In this document: piece after piece, positions 16,956-25,937 of the stretch
How positions within the stretch are numbered: position 1 is the stretch's first letter
How the letters are laid out: each line of letters begins with the position of its first letter
Source: Thermoplasmata archaeon
GTDB taxonomy: Archaea > Thermoplasmatota > Thermoplasmata > Lutacidiplasmatales > UBA184
DNA length: 64,000 bases
Direction: 5' to 3'
NCBI GenBank assembly: GCA_028864975.1
Contig: JAGWLG010000008.1
Span: 32,001 to 96,000 of the forward strand
Notes under the pieces: model-generated
What the model was told of the DNA's origin: nothing
The model's database searches: none
The model's input: the letters and a program-made list of their open reading frames with translations, nothing else
Program-made: the position numbers and the translations under genes

Positions 16956-18977
16956 GTGGCAATCAGTGGGCTTCTCAGCGCTGTCGAGTCCATCCAGGTC
17001 CGCTCTCTTCTTCCCCAGGTCCCCAACCTCCTTCTTCTCGCCGGGCAGACCCCTGCGCTCACCGCGCTCGCTGCCGCCCAGCCTCAGATTCAGTCCCTCC
17101 TCGTCAATTCGCTGGCGCTGAGCCCCCTCTTCGGTGGCGGCATCATCGCGCACCTCGTCCAACTCGCCACGAACCCGGTCTTTGCGAACCTCATCACGCT
17201 CGCCACGCCGCCGACGTTCAGCAACATCGTCGCGCTCACGTCCGGGGTGGCGTTCGTCAATCTCTCCGCCCTGGGCGCTCTCCCTTCCGTCCTCAACCTC
17301 GTCGCCCTGGCGAAGCTGTCGTCGGTGACGAACCTGGTGACCCTCGCAGGACTCCCCTCCGTGGGGAACCTTGTCACCGTCGCGGGTGCGCCTTCCACGA
17401 CGGTCACGAACGTCCTCACCCTTGGAACCGGCACCGTCTTCACCAACCTCAGCACGCTGGGCTCTCTCTCCTCCGTCGCGAGCCTCGTCACCCTCGCGGG
17501 ATTCTCCTCGACCGCGATGAGCAACCTCTCCATCATCGCCAACTTCACAACGAGCACCTTCGCCAACTCCGGGCCGGCGTACAACCTCACGTCGTTCTTC
17601 ACGAGCAATGCTTACCCGACCCTTCCGGCCGGAGGCGGCTTCCCCAACATCACCGCGTGGTTCGTCGCGCTCCAGAGCGCCCTCTCCATTAGCAACCTGG
17701 CGCTCTCGACGTTCTCCACCCAGCCGGCTGCGACATCCTCCGGGTTCAACTCCTCGCTCCTGTTCATCCCGGGTCTCGGACGCACCGGCCTCGACATGAC
17801 CACGACCCTCGGCAGCTTCTCCTCCCTTTCTTTCCAGGGCGGAGTGGCCGACATCCTCGGAACCCTCCCGCTCCTCGGCGCCATCGAGGAGACCGTCGCC
17901 ACCCTCGGAAGCCCGACCGGTTCCCTGCGCATCACGTCCATCGGCGCTGACAACAGCCTGCTCCACGACCTGTGGCAGTTCGCGCAGCGGCTGGAGAACG
18001 TCAACGTCATCGGGCTGAGTTCGCTCCCCGAGTTCCCGACGTCTCCTCTCGCCGGAACGCTCGGCTTCCTCCAGGCCGTCGAGGTCATCACCCGGCAACT
18101 CTTCTTCCAGACCGGCTACACGATTGCCTCGTCGGGAACGGTCCTCGACGCGGCGATGACCTTCTTCACCGGCGGACCCAACGTCTTCGGCTCGACGAGC
18201 AGCCGGCCCACCGGTCAGTTCCCCATCCAGCAGGGCGTCGCCACGGACATGATTGACACCCTCCAGTCGATGACCGACTGGGCCAACAACGGGATGGGCG
18301 TCCAGCACTTCCTCAACAACGCCGCCGGCCCCTTCCACGACGAGGAGGCCTCCTGGAACGGCAGCGCTCCGGGTTCCTCCGCCCTTTCCGGGCACAAGGG
18401 AGGGTTCGCTTTCGGGACGTTCTTCGCCAACACGGGTGGACCCTTTGGCGGCACCGGCTTCTTCACTGTCGGGGTCCAGTCGTGGTCCTTCTTCATCTAC
18501 GGCGACCAGGTTGCCGGTGTCTCCGGGCCCGATGGCTCCGGGAACATGACCGTCACCGGGACGAGCGGAGCGACGTACACTGTCTCGACCGGGGCGACAC
18601 CGACCGGCTCTCCATCTCCCCAGAACGTCTTTGGCGGCGCAGCCAACATGGCGTGGGGCAACATGGTCGCCATGCTGAGGGCGTTCCACCAGGCCACGGA
18701 CTTCCTCATCTCCGGGTTCGAGGCGCAATCGAACACCGGTGCCCTTGGCTCCCCTTCGGGAGACATCTTCCGGGCGCGGGTCGAGGCCTACCTCCACCGG
18801 GTCGCGTTCGACAACTTCGTGGACACGATGGCCACGGAAGTCGGGAACCTGTTCAACGGCCGGAACCTCGGCATCAAGACCCGGTTCTTCAACGACGGGG
18901 TCCTCCCTGGTCTCAACTCGGTCAGGAACCTCGCTCCGGCCGGGCTCCCCAACAGGAGCCTCGGTACCCTGAGCTAG
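16956..18977 (+). CDS. Large hydrophobic protein with ~12-aa tandem repeats, putative virion/envelope protein
   Basis: Repeats of type xxN[LI]VxLxxxxx (FANLITLATPPT, VTNLVTLAGLPS, FTNLSTLGSLSS) followed by a Gly/Phe-rich region. Confidence 0.7.
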   Translation: MAISGLLSAVESIQVRSLLPQVPNLLLLAGQTPALTALAAAQPQIQSLLVNSLALSPLFGGGIIAHLVQLATNPVFANLITLATPPTFSNIVALTSGVAFVNLSALGALPSVLNLVALAKLSSVTNLVTLAGLPSVGNLVTVAGAPSTTVTNVLTLGTGTVFTNLSTLGSLSSVASLVTLAGFSSTAMSNLSIIANFTTSTFANSGPAYNLTSFFTSNAYPTLPAGGGFPNITAWFVALQSALSISNLALSTFSTQPAATSSGFNSSLLFIPGLGRTGLDMTTTLGSFSSLSFQGGVADILGTLPLLGAIEETVATLGSPTGSLRITSIGADNSLLHDLWQFAQRLENVNVIGLSSLPEFPTSPLAGTLGFLQAVEVITRQLFFQTGYTIASSGTVLDAAMTFFTGGPNVFGSTSSRPTGQFPIQQGVATDMIDTLQSMTDWANNGMGVQHFLNNAAGPFHDEEASWNGSAPGSSALSGHKGGFAFGTFFANTGGPFGGTGFFTVGVQSWSFFIYGDQVAGVSGPDGSGNMTVTGTSGATYTVSTGATPTGSPSPQNVFGGAANMAWGNMVAMLRAFHQATDFLISGFEAQSNTGALGSPSGDIFRARVEAYLHRVAFDNFVDTMATEVGNLFNGRNLGIKTRFFNDGVLPGLNSVRNLAPAGLPNRSLGTLS

Positions 18978-18994
18978 ATAGGGAGAGGTGCACT

Positions 18995-20317
18995 GTGCGC
19001 GTCTCCAGGCTCCTGAAGCTCGAACGCCCGGTCACTGGGCAACTCGCTGAGCGACGCCGCGGCCCCCGTGGTCCTCCGCTTCCCCCGGCCGGCGTGACCC
19101 CTCCTCCCGAGTTCTTCTCCCGGCCCACCGTCGAGCAGAAGTTCCTCCTCGACTACGCGCAGGGCATCTGCGGCATCGTTCGCTCCTGCGACCCGGCCGT
19201 CGCTCCCTCCTGCACCCGGGAACAGGCAAGCTGCGTGAACGACTCTCTGCACAACCCCCGGTTCTACGACATCGGGGACCGGTTCTACGAGCGGGTGCAC
19301 GCGGCGTTCGCTGCTCCGCCCACGGGTTCCTTGGCTCAACCGCTCAACGCTCCCGCGAGCCAGTTCGTCGCCCGGTCCATCACCCGCGGCGTCCCATTCT
19401 CCGACATCACCCGACGGCTCGAACGCGAAGGCTACACCCCCGCCGAGGCAACCCGTTTGTACGACAAGGTCTACCGCGCCCTCATGCCTCCTTCGACCGG
19501 CGCCCACCTGCACCAGCAGGAGGTGTTCGTCCTCCCGCAGGACGTCACCTTTGTCCAGCAGGCCATCGAGCGGCACGAGAGCGCGACCGACATCAAGGAG
19601 GGTCTCGTGGAACGCGGTTACACTCCGCGGGAGGCTTCGCTCATCTTCGGGCGCGTCGCCCTAGAGTACCACGGCCTCGTTCCGTCTTCGTCCGCGCCGG
19701 GCCCCCGGGTCCGCATCGGGACCCACCTCTACCAGCCGGAGGAAGACGAGGATGACGAGGACTTCGGCGGCGGCGAGGGCATCGGCGTCGAAGCTCAAGC
19801 TCTCTCTGTCACGTACGAGGCGTTCGACGCACGGCTCGGCCAGGAGAAGGAGTGCCCGTCGGATGCGAAGGACCTCCCGCGCATCTTCTCTGACCTCGAC
19901 ACCGACCTCCAGCATCTGCGCGACTTCGCTCTCAGCAACGACCCCGGCGATGCTCAGACCGCGGAGACCTTCCTCCCCGCCATCACCCGCGACGTGGGGA
20001 ACCTCGGCTTCGCCATCCAGGACAAGGTGCTGGAGCAGGGGCTCACCGCGCAAGGGTTCCCCTCCACAGGTTCGCTCAGCGAGGAAAAGCATCAGTGGTA
20101 CTACTTTCCGGGCCATTACGTCGCCGGCCCGAGGATGGGACAGACCTGGTTCTCTCTTGGGTACCTTGAACCTTCCGACGCCGGAACAGGACTTGTCGGC
20201 CCGTTCCCGACCCGCGAAGCCGCGGTCATCAGCGCCTCAAGCCGGGGCTACACCGAACTTGTGCCGGGTCGCATACTCGGTCGCTCGGAGTCTGCTGCCC
20301 GGTACCACGCGGAGTGA
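18995..20317 (+). CDS. Multidomain hypothetical protein (Cys cluster, two GYTPxEA helical repeats, acidic linker)
   Basis: GTG start after GGAGAGGTG. Repeats RLEREGYTPAEA and GLVERGYTPREA. Confidence 0.6.
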   Translation: MRVSRLLKLERPVTGQLAERRRGPRGPPLPPAGVTPPPEFFSRPTVEQKFLLDYAQGICGIVRSCDPAVAPSCTREQASCVNDSLHNPRFYDIGDRFYERVHAAFAAPPTGSLAQPLNAPASQFVARSITRGVPFSDITRRLEREGYTPAEATRLYDKVYRALMPPSTGAHLHQQEVFVLPQDVTFVQQAIERHESATDIKEGLVERGYTPREASLIFGRVALEYHGLVPSSSAPGPRVRIGTHLYQPEEDEDDEDFGGGEGIGVEAQALSVTYEAFDARLGQEKECPSDAKDLPRIFSDLDTDLQHLRDFALSNDPGDAQTAETFLPAITRDVGNLGFAIQDKVLEQGLTAQGFPSTGSLSEEKHQWYYFPGHYVAGPRMGQTWFSLGYLEPSDAGTGLVGPFPTREAAVISASSRGYTELVPGRILGRSESAARYHAE

Positions 20318-20319
20318 AC

Positions 20320-21042
20320 ATGCTCGGTCGGAACGAGGTCTGCGAACTCGTCGCCCGGTCCGCACCGGACCCGGTGGCCGCGCGCCAGACCTGCCTCCGT
20401 CTCCGCGGTCGCCTCGCGCAGGAGTTGGTCACCTGCTCCGGCCCTCTCCTCGACCCGGAGACCCACGAGTGCGACGCCTCCGCCATCCTTGCTGCTCACG
20501 GCGCCGATTGGGATGCTGCGATGAACTCGGGTCGGTACGACACCGCGGTCGGCCACGCTCAGGGGGCCATCGACGATGCTAGGGAGATGCTCCGTCAGGC
20601 CCAGCGTTCCCAGAGGACAGGTCCACTCTCCAGGCGCAACGTCTCCCAGGAGCTAGACTCCTCTCGGTTCTGCCGTGCCGAGTCCCATGTCCTCACCCTC
20701 GTGGCAGGGGGAAACTTCGAGGATGCCGAGACCGCGGCTCTCGACCTGTGGGACGACATCGCCGGGGTCTTCCGGGACATCCAGAAGCGGGAAGCTGCAC
20801 CTCGCCCCGGCTCCATGCGCCAGGAGTTCGAGCAACTCGGCGTCATCCCCGGAACCCTGGAGGTTCATCCCACAGTCTGCCAGTCGATGCAGGGAGCCAC
20901 GTACCTCATCGGGAGCGCCAAGGAGTACGAGGAGGCCGAGGACTACCTCATCGACGCGCTCAAGGAAGCGGACAACCTGCTCGCCTGGGTCCAGAAGAGC
21001 GAACGGGTCCTGTCCCGGGCCGGGGTTCCGTGGAGCGGATAG
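20320..21042 (+). CDS. Helical Cys-paired hypothetical protein
   Basis: The N-terminal NEVCELVARSAPDPVAARQTC is paralogous to ORF 21045. Confidence 0.7.
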   Translation: MLGRNEVCELVARSAPDPVAARQTCLRLRGRLAQELVTCSGPLLDPETHECDASAILAAHGADWDAAMNSGRYDTAVGHAQGAIDDAREMLRQAQRSQRTGPLSRRNVSQELDSSRFCRAESHVLTLVAGGNFEDAETAALDLWDDIAGVFRDIQKREAAPRPGSMRQEFEQLGVIPGTLEVHPTVCQSMQGATYLIGSAKEYEEAEDYLIDALKEADNLLAWVQKSERVLSRAGVPWSG

Positions 21043-21044
21043 AA

Positions 21045-21530
21045 ATGGACGACCGGGAGTTCTGCGAGGCCGTCGCCCGGGGCGCCGACGACCCCGACGC
21101 CGCCTACGCCGCGTGCATGCGCAACGCCCCGCGCCGCGGTGAACTCCACCAGGAGGCTTGCCCGGCGTCCTGCGCCTACTGCGGGACCCGGTTTGGAACC
21201 GCTTGTCCAACGAAGTGCTCCGCTTGTGGTGCACCTGCTCCAGCAGCGGCTATCGGCCCAGAGGAGTCAGCGTGCGAGACCCTCTACTCGGATTTTCTGG
21301 CTGACCTAGAAACCATAGAGAGCAACGGTGTGGCCAGCTTCGACCTGAGCCAGTACCCTCGTTCTCGGAGGAAGGCCATCGAAGCGGCGTTCGGAGATGT
21401 CCTGGACCTTCTTGTGAAGCACCTGGAGGAGCCCCAAGCTAAGTCGTTCAACCTCCGGCACTGTGGTGAGACGCCGGAGTCACACGCTCTCCGGATGGTG
21501 GGTATTCCTGGCGCGAGTTCATTCCTCTGA
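21045..21530 (+). CDS. Cys-rich hypothetical protein
   Basis: REFCEAVARGADDPDAAYAAC plus CAYC..C..CSAC. Confidence 0.7.
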   Translation: MDDREFCEAVARGADDPDAAYAACMRNAPRRGELHQEACPASCAYCGTRFGTACPTKCSACGAPAPAAAIGPEESACETLYSDFLADLETIESNGVASFDLSQYPRSRRKAIEAAFGDVLDLLVKHLEEPQAKSFNLRHCGETPESHALRMVGIPGASSFL

Positions 21531-21536
21531 GGCCGC

Positions 21537-22973
21537 ATGCCGCTCACGCGCTACGTCGAGGAGCGGACCCACTACGGGTTGACCTCCGGTTCAGAGACCC
21601 AGCGCGAGGTCGTCCGCGGAGTCAGCACGACGCCGGGTTCCCTTGAGCCCTGGTCCGAACTCGATGCCGCGCTGGAACCGTTCCCGGTCCGCGGCCGGTA
21701 CGAGGAGTTGGGGCCGGGGGGAACGGACCGCGGCGTCGAGACGCATCCCTCTCGCTCCGGCCGGCTCGCGCAGCGCTCTCGCCCTCCGACCGGCGTTCGC
21801 CCCTTCCCCCAACCGGTGGCCAAGCGTCGCGCGCCTCCTCCTTCCTGTCCTCCGCCGGGAGCGAATCCACTCCCATGTCGGGACGTCCAGAAGCTCGCCC
21901 TACGGGGGCGACAGCTTGCTGACTATCTGCGGACTCGCACGGGGGAGGATTCCCTGTTCGCGGTGCTGTCCGGGGTGTTCCACTCCGGCCCCATCACCTA
22001 TCAAGGTCAGCAGTTAGCCGTAGAGTGGTTGAGTGAGAACAAGGACGTGGCCCTGGACCTGGCGAAGCAGGACGTGGACACCATCGAGCGGTTCTTCCGC
22101 AACCCACCCCCCGGCATTCCTTCTGTCCAGCACCCGCGTAGCCGGGCCAACATGTACACCGGCGCCATCGAGTGCTATGAGAACCTCTGCGGCCCGGACG
22201 GTAGAGCGTGCCTCGAACCGGACACCAGCGAGCGCCTGGTCCAGTGCATGGTCGCCAACGCCCGCGGCCCGCCGTCCGAGGGCAAGCGTCGCGGCGGCAT
22301 CGGCCCCAAGACCGCCGACCTCGTCCGGGAGTACCTCGGGAACAAGCGCGCCGTCGCCGTGGACCGCCACGTCTTCCGCTACCTGTGCTCCCACGGGCTC
22401 TTCGTCCCGCGCGACCCGGAGACCGGTCAACCTTACCCCGAGTGCTGCGAGCACTTCCGCAAGGAGAGCGGCTACAACATTCCTGCCGACGTCTTCGCCC
22501 AGGCCAAGGACTCGTTCCTCTCCAGCGCGGACTCTTGTGGCGTGGTCCCGACGGACCTCCAGGTCGGCGTGTGGTTCGCCGGGGTCTGCGACTCGGAGAC
22601 CCGCCGCGGGAACGCGGTCTACCTCGGACGCGATGGCTATTTCCCCTGTGTGAAGACCTTGCCCCTAGAGCACTTCGCGGAGGAGCAGGAGGGCTTTCCC
22701 GAGAAGCCTGCGACCCGGGACGTTGTCGTCAACGACTTCCGGTCCTCGATGGCCGACCTCCTCGGCGCCGGACGGAGCTACACCGACGGCGACCTCACTG
22801 GTTCGATTCTATGGAGCATGCAGCTTGCGAAGGACACGGAGCATCTTGAGTCCGACCTCCGCCTCCTGAAGAGGGAACAGCGGCAGGCCCGGGGCTTCTA
22901 CCTGCGCGAGCAACTGGCCCCCATCCCCGAGGACGACTTCGCTTCACCGGACGAGTTCCTCTTCGACGTGTGA
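21537..22973 (+). CDS. Protein with HhH-GPD DNA glycosylase/AP lyase-like domain
   Basis: GIGPKTADLV...AVAVDRHVFR retains the catalytic Lys and Asp positions; LQVGVW is also present. Confidence 0.7.
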   Translation: MPLTRYVEERTHYGLTSGSETQREVVRGVSTTPGSLEPWSELDAALEPFPVRGRYEELGPGGTDRGVETHPSRSGRLAQRSRPPTGVRPFPQPVAKRRAPPPSCPPPGANPLPCRDVQKLALRGRQLADYLRTRTGEDSLFAVLSGVFHSGPITYQGQQLAVEWLSENKDVALDLAKQDVDTIERFFRNPPPGIPSVQHPRSRANMYTGAIECYENLCGPDGRACLEPDTSERLVQCMVANARGPPSEGKRRGGIGPKTADLVREYLGNKRAVAVDRHVFRYLCSHGLFVPRDPETGQPYPECCEHFRKESGYNIPADVFAQAKDSFLSSADSCGVVPTDLQVGVWFAGVCDSETRRGNAVYLGRDGYFPCVKTLPLEHFAEEQEGFPEKPATRDVVVNDFRSSMADLLGAGRSYTDGDLTGSILWSMQLAKDTEHLESDLRLLKREQRQARGFYLREQLAPIPEDDFASPDEFLFDV

Positions 22974-22982
22974 GGTACTCCC

Positions 22983-23168
22983 GTGGAGTCGGCTCACCCG
23001 GTCCACGACTGCACCGGTCACCCGGCCTGCGACGCCTGCTGGCTCTCGCTCGGACCCGCGCTCATCCACGCTCCGGGTATGGGCGTGTCGGCTCAGCAGT
23101 GCGAGTGCCGCAAGTGCCCCAACTACGGGGTCTCCGCGGTCGAGGCGATGCAGAGGGCGCTGCGCTAG
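22983..23168 (+). CDS. Small Cys/His zinc-binding protein
   Basis: HDC..C..CW..LG...CECRKC, paralogous to 41007-41171. Confidence 0.5.
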   Translation: MESAHPVHDCTGHPACDACWLSLGPALIHAPGMGVSAQQCECRKCPNYGVSAVEAMQRALR

Positions 23169-23407
23169 GGGACCAGCCTCGCTTTCTTCAGCAATTCCTC
23201 GATGGGATACGACTTCTCCTCGCGGGTGCGTCGCTCCATCTCTTTCAGGAATGCTTCGGGGGGATGGTCCTCGATGAAACGGGTGAACACGTCGTCCCAG
23301 GATTCCCCAGGTCGCTTGTACTGCCTGAGCATCCGCACTGTGGAGTCGCGGAGGGTCATCTTGGTCAGCGGGTCTGGAGCAGTGGCCTTACTTCGCGGCC
23401 TCGACAT
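23165..23407 (-). CDS. Archaeal RHH antitoxin-like protein
   Basis: MTLRDSTVRMLRQYKRPGESWDDVFTRF pattern. Confidence 0.7.
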   Translation of the reverse strand: MSRPRSKATAPDPLTKMTLRDSTVRMLRQYKRPGESWDDVFTRFIEDHPPEAFLKEMERRTREEKSYPIEELLKKARLVP

Positions 23408-23443
23408 GGATATCCTTAAGAATCATTGGAACATATAACTTAC

Positions 23444-23719
23444 ATGGCCGCTACGACCATCAGCATCGACTCCGGCATACTGGAGGGACTCAAGCAGTAC
23501 CGCGGGGCCGGGAAGAACTACAGCGAGGTCCTCCGCCTGTTGATGCTCTCGACCTCTCCCGAGCAGGCCCTCGCCATCCGTCGCCGGATGCAGGAAATCA
23601 ACATCGACATCGACGAGGGACGACGACCGGTCCCCGAGTCGTTCTGGCGGGAGATGAAGCGGCGCAGCAAGGAGCCCAGCCTCTCGGCGGAGGAAGTTGA
23701 CCGAAGGCTGGGTCTCTGA
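23444..23719 (+). CDS. RHH antitoxin (RelB-like)
   Basis: TTISIDSGILEGLKQYRGAGKNYSEVLRLL. Overlaps the toxin start (TGATG). Confidence 0.75.
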   Translation: MAATTISIDSGILEGLKQYRGAGKNYSEVLRLLMLSTSPEQALAIRRRMQEINIDIDEGRRPVPESFWREMKRRSKEPSLSAEEVDRRLGL

Positions 23720-24036
23720 TGCCCCTCGCCGCGCGTGCGACCTACAAGCCCGAGGCACTTAGGGACCTTGAGCACCTACCCAGAGATGTCCAACTGGCCT
23801 TCCGTAAGGCACGGGAGGCTCTCCTACGTGACCCGACGCATCCGGCGCGGAACGGGGTCGATGCCGTCCGTTACGAACACGGGTCCTGGCGGCTGAAGGT
23901 CGGCGAGTACCGGGCCATCTACTACCTGCTCCCAGGCCTCGTCGTGGACTTCTACTGCTTCGGAGAAAGGAACGCACTCTACTCCCGCTTCAAGCTCATG
24001 TTCGACCTCGGGTTCCTCCCCGAGAAGCCGGACTAG
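23719..24036 (+). CDS. relE: RelE/ParE family toxin
   Basis: ALRDLEHLP...WRLKVGEYRAIY. Confidence 0.85.
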   Translation: MPLAARATYKPEALRDLEHLPRDVQLAFRKAREALLRDPTHPARNGVDAVRYEHGSWRLKVGEYRAIYYLLPGLVVDFYCFGERNALYSRFKLMFDLGFLPEKPD

Positions 24037-24037
24037 C

Positions 24038-24409
24038 TCAGTACGGTCTCAGGAGCTTCGCTGAAGGGTCCCTCCGGTGAAGGATTCGCGCACGGTCATC
24101 GAAGTGCGTCAGGTCCCGGTCCCGGATTTCGCGGAGCTTGAAGTCGTAGAGTGCCTCGTCGCGCGTGGCCGGTCTCAGCGACCGGTCGAACTCGTCCTCG
24201 TTCATCTGGGAGGCATCGAGCCAAAAGTCCGGCTCCGGGCAACCGAGCGAGCGCACCTCTGCCTCCTCGATTCTCCGGCCGACGTCCGGTCTCGCGGTCA
24301 GAATCCCCACCTGGTGGCCGGCACTCTTGAGCGCCGCCATGATGACGCAGAGGTCCCGCCCGTGGGGACCGAACAGCGTATCGTCCAGGTCGAAGGAGAA
24401 GCCGCTCAC
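24038..24409 (-). CDS. Minimal HAD-superfamily phosphatase
   Basis: FDLDDTL (motif I), LTAR (II), K (III) and FDD (IV). Confidence 0.8.
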   Translation of the reverse strand: MSGFSFDLDDTLFGPHGRDLCVIMAALKSAGHQVGILTARPDVGRRIEEAEVRSLGCPEPDFWLDASQMNEDEFDRSLRPATRDEALYDFKLREIRDRDLTHFDDRARILHRRDPSAKLLRPY

Positions 24410-24433
24410 GAACTAGGCCACGGGTGCCGCGCC

Positions 24434-24658
24434 TTATTGAGCCTTCTCTGTACCCTCAATCTTCCAGTTCTTCGAGACGACCCCAGTTATTCGGAGCCAC
24501 CCTATGGTACACGCCAAGCTCACTAACTCCTGGACCCATAGGAACGCCGCCAGGAATCTCAGGGTCAGGTTGAGGGTCACCATCACGAGCATCGTGAACC
24601 CGATGGTGTAGACGATGACCTCCATCACCACCTGGCGCTTGCCTAGCGAGAGCGCCAT
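24434..24658 (-). CDS. Small 2-TM membrane protein
   Basis: Two hydrophobic stretches; lies between GGR and HAD. Confidence 0.6.
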   Translation of the reverse strand: MALSLGKRQVVMEVIVYTIGFTMLVMVTLNLTLRFLAAFLWVQELVSLACTIGWLRITGVVSKNWKIEGTEKAQ

Positions 24659-24661
24659 TGG

Positions 24662-25906
24662 TCAACCCGCGAGCGCCTTCCACAGCCGCCCGGCCTTCCA
24701 CAGCGTCTTGATGGGACGGAACCCTTTCTTCCTCACGAATCGGAGCAGGTCCCGCCGCACCGTGTAAGGGTTGAAGTCACCCTCCGGCATCGGGAACTCG
24801 CAGAACCAGGTGAAGAACTGGCGGAGGTCAGCGTCACTCATGGAGAGGATGGTCTGTTTCATCGCCCACCGTGCGCGCATCTCCTTCGTGTACGGACGCA
24901 CCAACGGCTCGTAGTGGTCCGGCTGACCCTCGGCGACGGTCCTCGCGGCCATGACCCCCGATGCGAGGGCCTGGTGGATGCCGCCCCCAGTCACGGGGTC
25001 GCATAGCCTGGCCGAGTCACCGATGGAGAGGACCCGACCGGCGTGCAGCGTCCTCGGTGGCCTGTAGGTCGGGATGATTCCGCCCTCGCGCTGCAAGGGC
25101 TTCGTGTCGTAGCGCGGGTTCTGCTTCAGCCACCGGTTGAAGAACGTCTTCGTGGCAATGGTTCTACCCGCCTCGTCCTTCACACTGATGGGGGTACCGA
25201 TTCCGACACGCCTTGCGGGTCTACCCTTGAACGAGCACGGGAAGTCCCAGATGTATCCGGCCGGAGAAGTAGACCCAATCCACATCCCGACCTGGTCCTT
25301 GGGTAGCACCGCATTCTCCTCGATGGTCTGCTCGAAACCCATATGGAAACTCTCGGGTTCCAGTTCCCTCACGATGCCGAACTTGCGGGAGACCCGTGCG
25401 TCGTAGCCACCGGCGTCGAGCACCCAGCGTGTCGTCACCAATCGTACAGTCTTCCCGTCCCTCACCGCGACGTGGTATCCTCCGTCCGACCTCACGACGT
25501 CCTCGACTGCGCACGAATGCCACGCCGTCAACCCCTTTGACAGCGAGAACCGTTCGAGCCTCCCCAGGAAGTCGTCCTCGTTCAGGACGAAGCCAAGGTC
25601 CCCGGCCAACAGGTTCGTGTTGTTGAGGATACGCTTCTTCTCCGGTGCGTCTCCCGGGATGAAGATGCGGAAGGAGTTGATGGGACTGGAGACGGAAGAT
25701 TCGACTGGCGGGAAGCCGAGCTTCTTCAACCAGAAGGAGGCGATGCCCGAGGTCGAGGCCGCGGGATAACCAGCGCGACCCCGGCGGTCCACCAGGAGTG
25801 CCTTGTGCGCGAGCCCGAGCTTCGCTAGTTCGTGCGCCGCCGCCTGCCCGCCGTAACCCCCGCCGACGATGACCACCTGATACGCCGTTTCCCTCCCCGG
25901 TACCAT
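24662..25906 (-). CDS. Geranylgeranyl reductase family flavoprotein
   Basis: VIVGGGYGG FAD motif, PAGYIWDFP and GDSARLCDPVTGGGIHQALASG. Confidence 0.85.
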   Translation of the reverse strand: MVPGRETAYQVVIVGGGYGGQAAAHELAKLGLAHKALLVDRRGRAGYPAASTSGIASFWLKKLGFPPVESSVSSPINSFRIFIPGDAPEKKRILNNTNLLAGDLGFVLNEDDFLGRLERFSLSKGLTAWHSCAVEDVVRSDGGYHVAVRDGKTVRLVTTRWVLDAGGYDARVSRKFGIVRELEPESFHMGFEQTIEENAVLPKDQVGMWIGSTSPAGYIWDFPCSFKGRPARRVGIGTPISVKDEAGRTIATKTFFNRWLKQNPRYDTKPLQREGGIIPTYRPPRTLHAGRVLSIGDSARLCDPVTGGGIHQALASGVMAARTVAEGQPDHYEPLVRPYTKEMRARWAMKQTILSMSDADLRQFFTWFCEFPMPEGDFNPYTVRRDLLRFVRKKGFRPIKTLWKAGRLWKALAG

Positions 25907-25937
25907 TGACGCTTCCCCGCTGGCCACCTCATAGCGA

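Noticed and set aside
16890-18797. 635 aa minus-strand ORF (also 8647-9906+, 26562-27653-, 47558-48736+, 34449-35423- and similar)
   Set aside because: These are antisense shadows of real genes in GC-rich DNA, with Arg/Gly-rich composition and no motifs.
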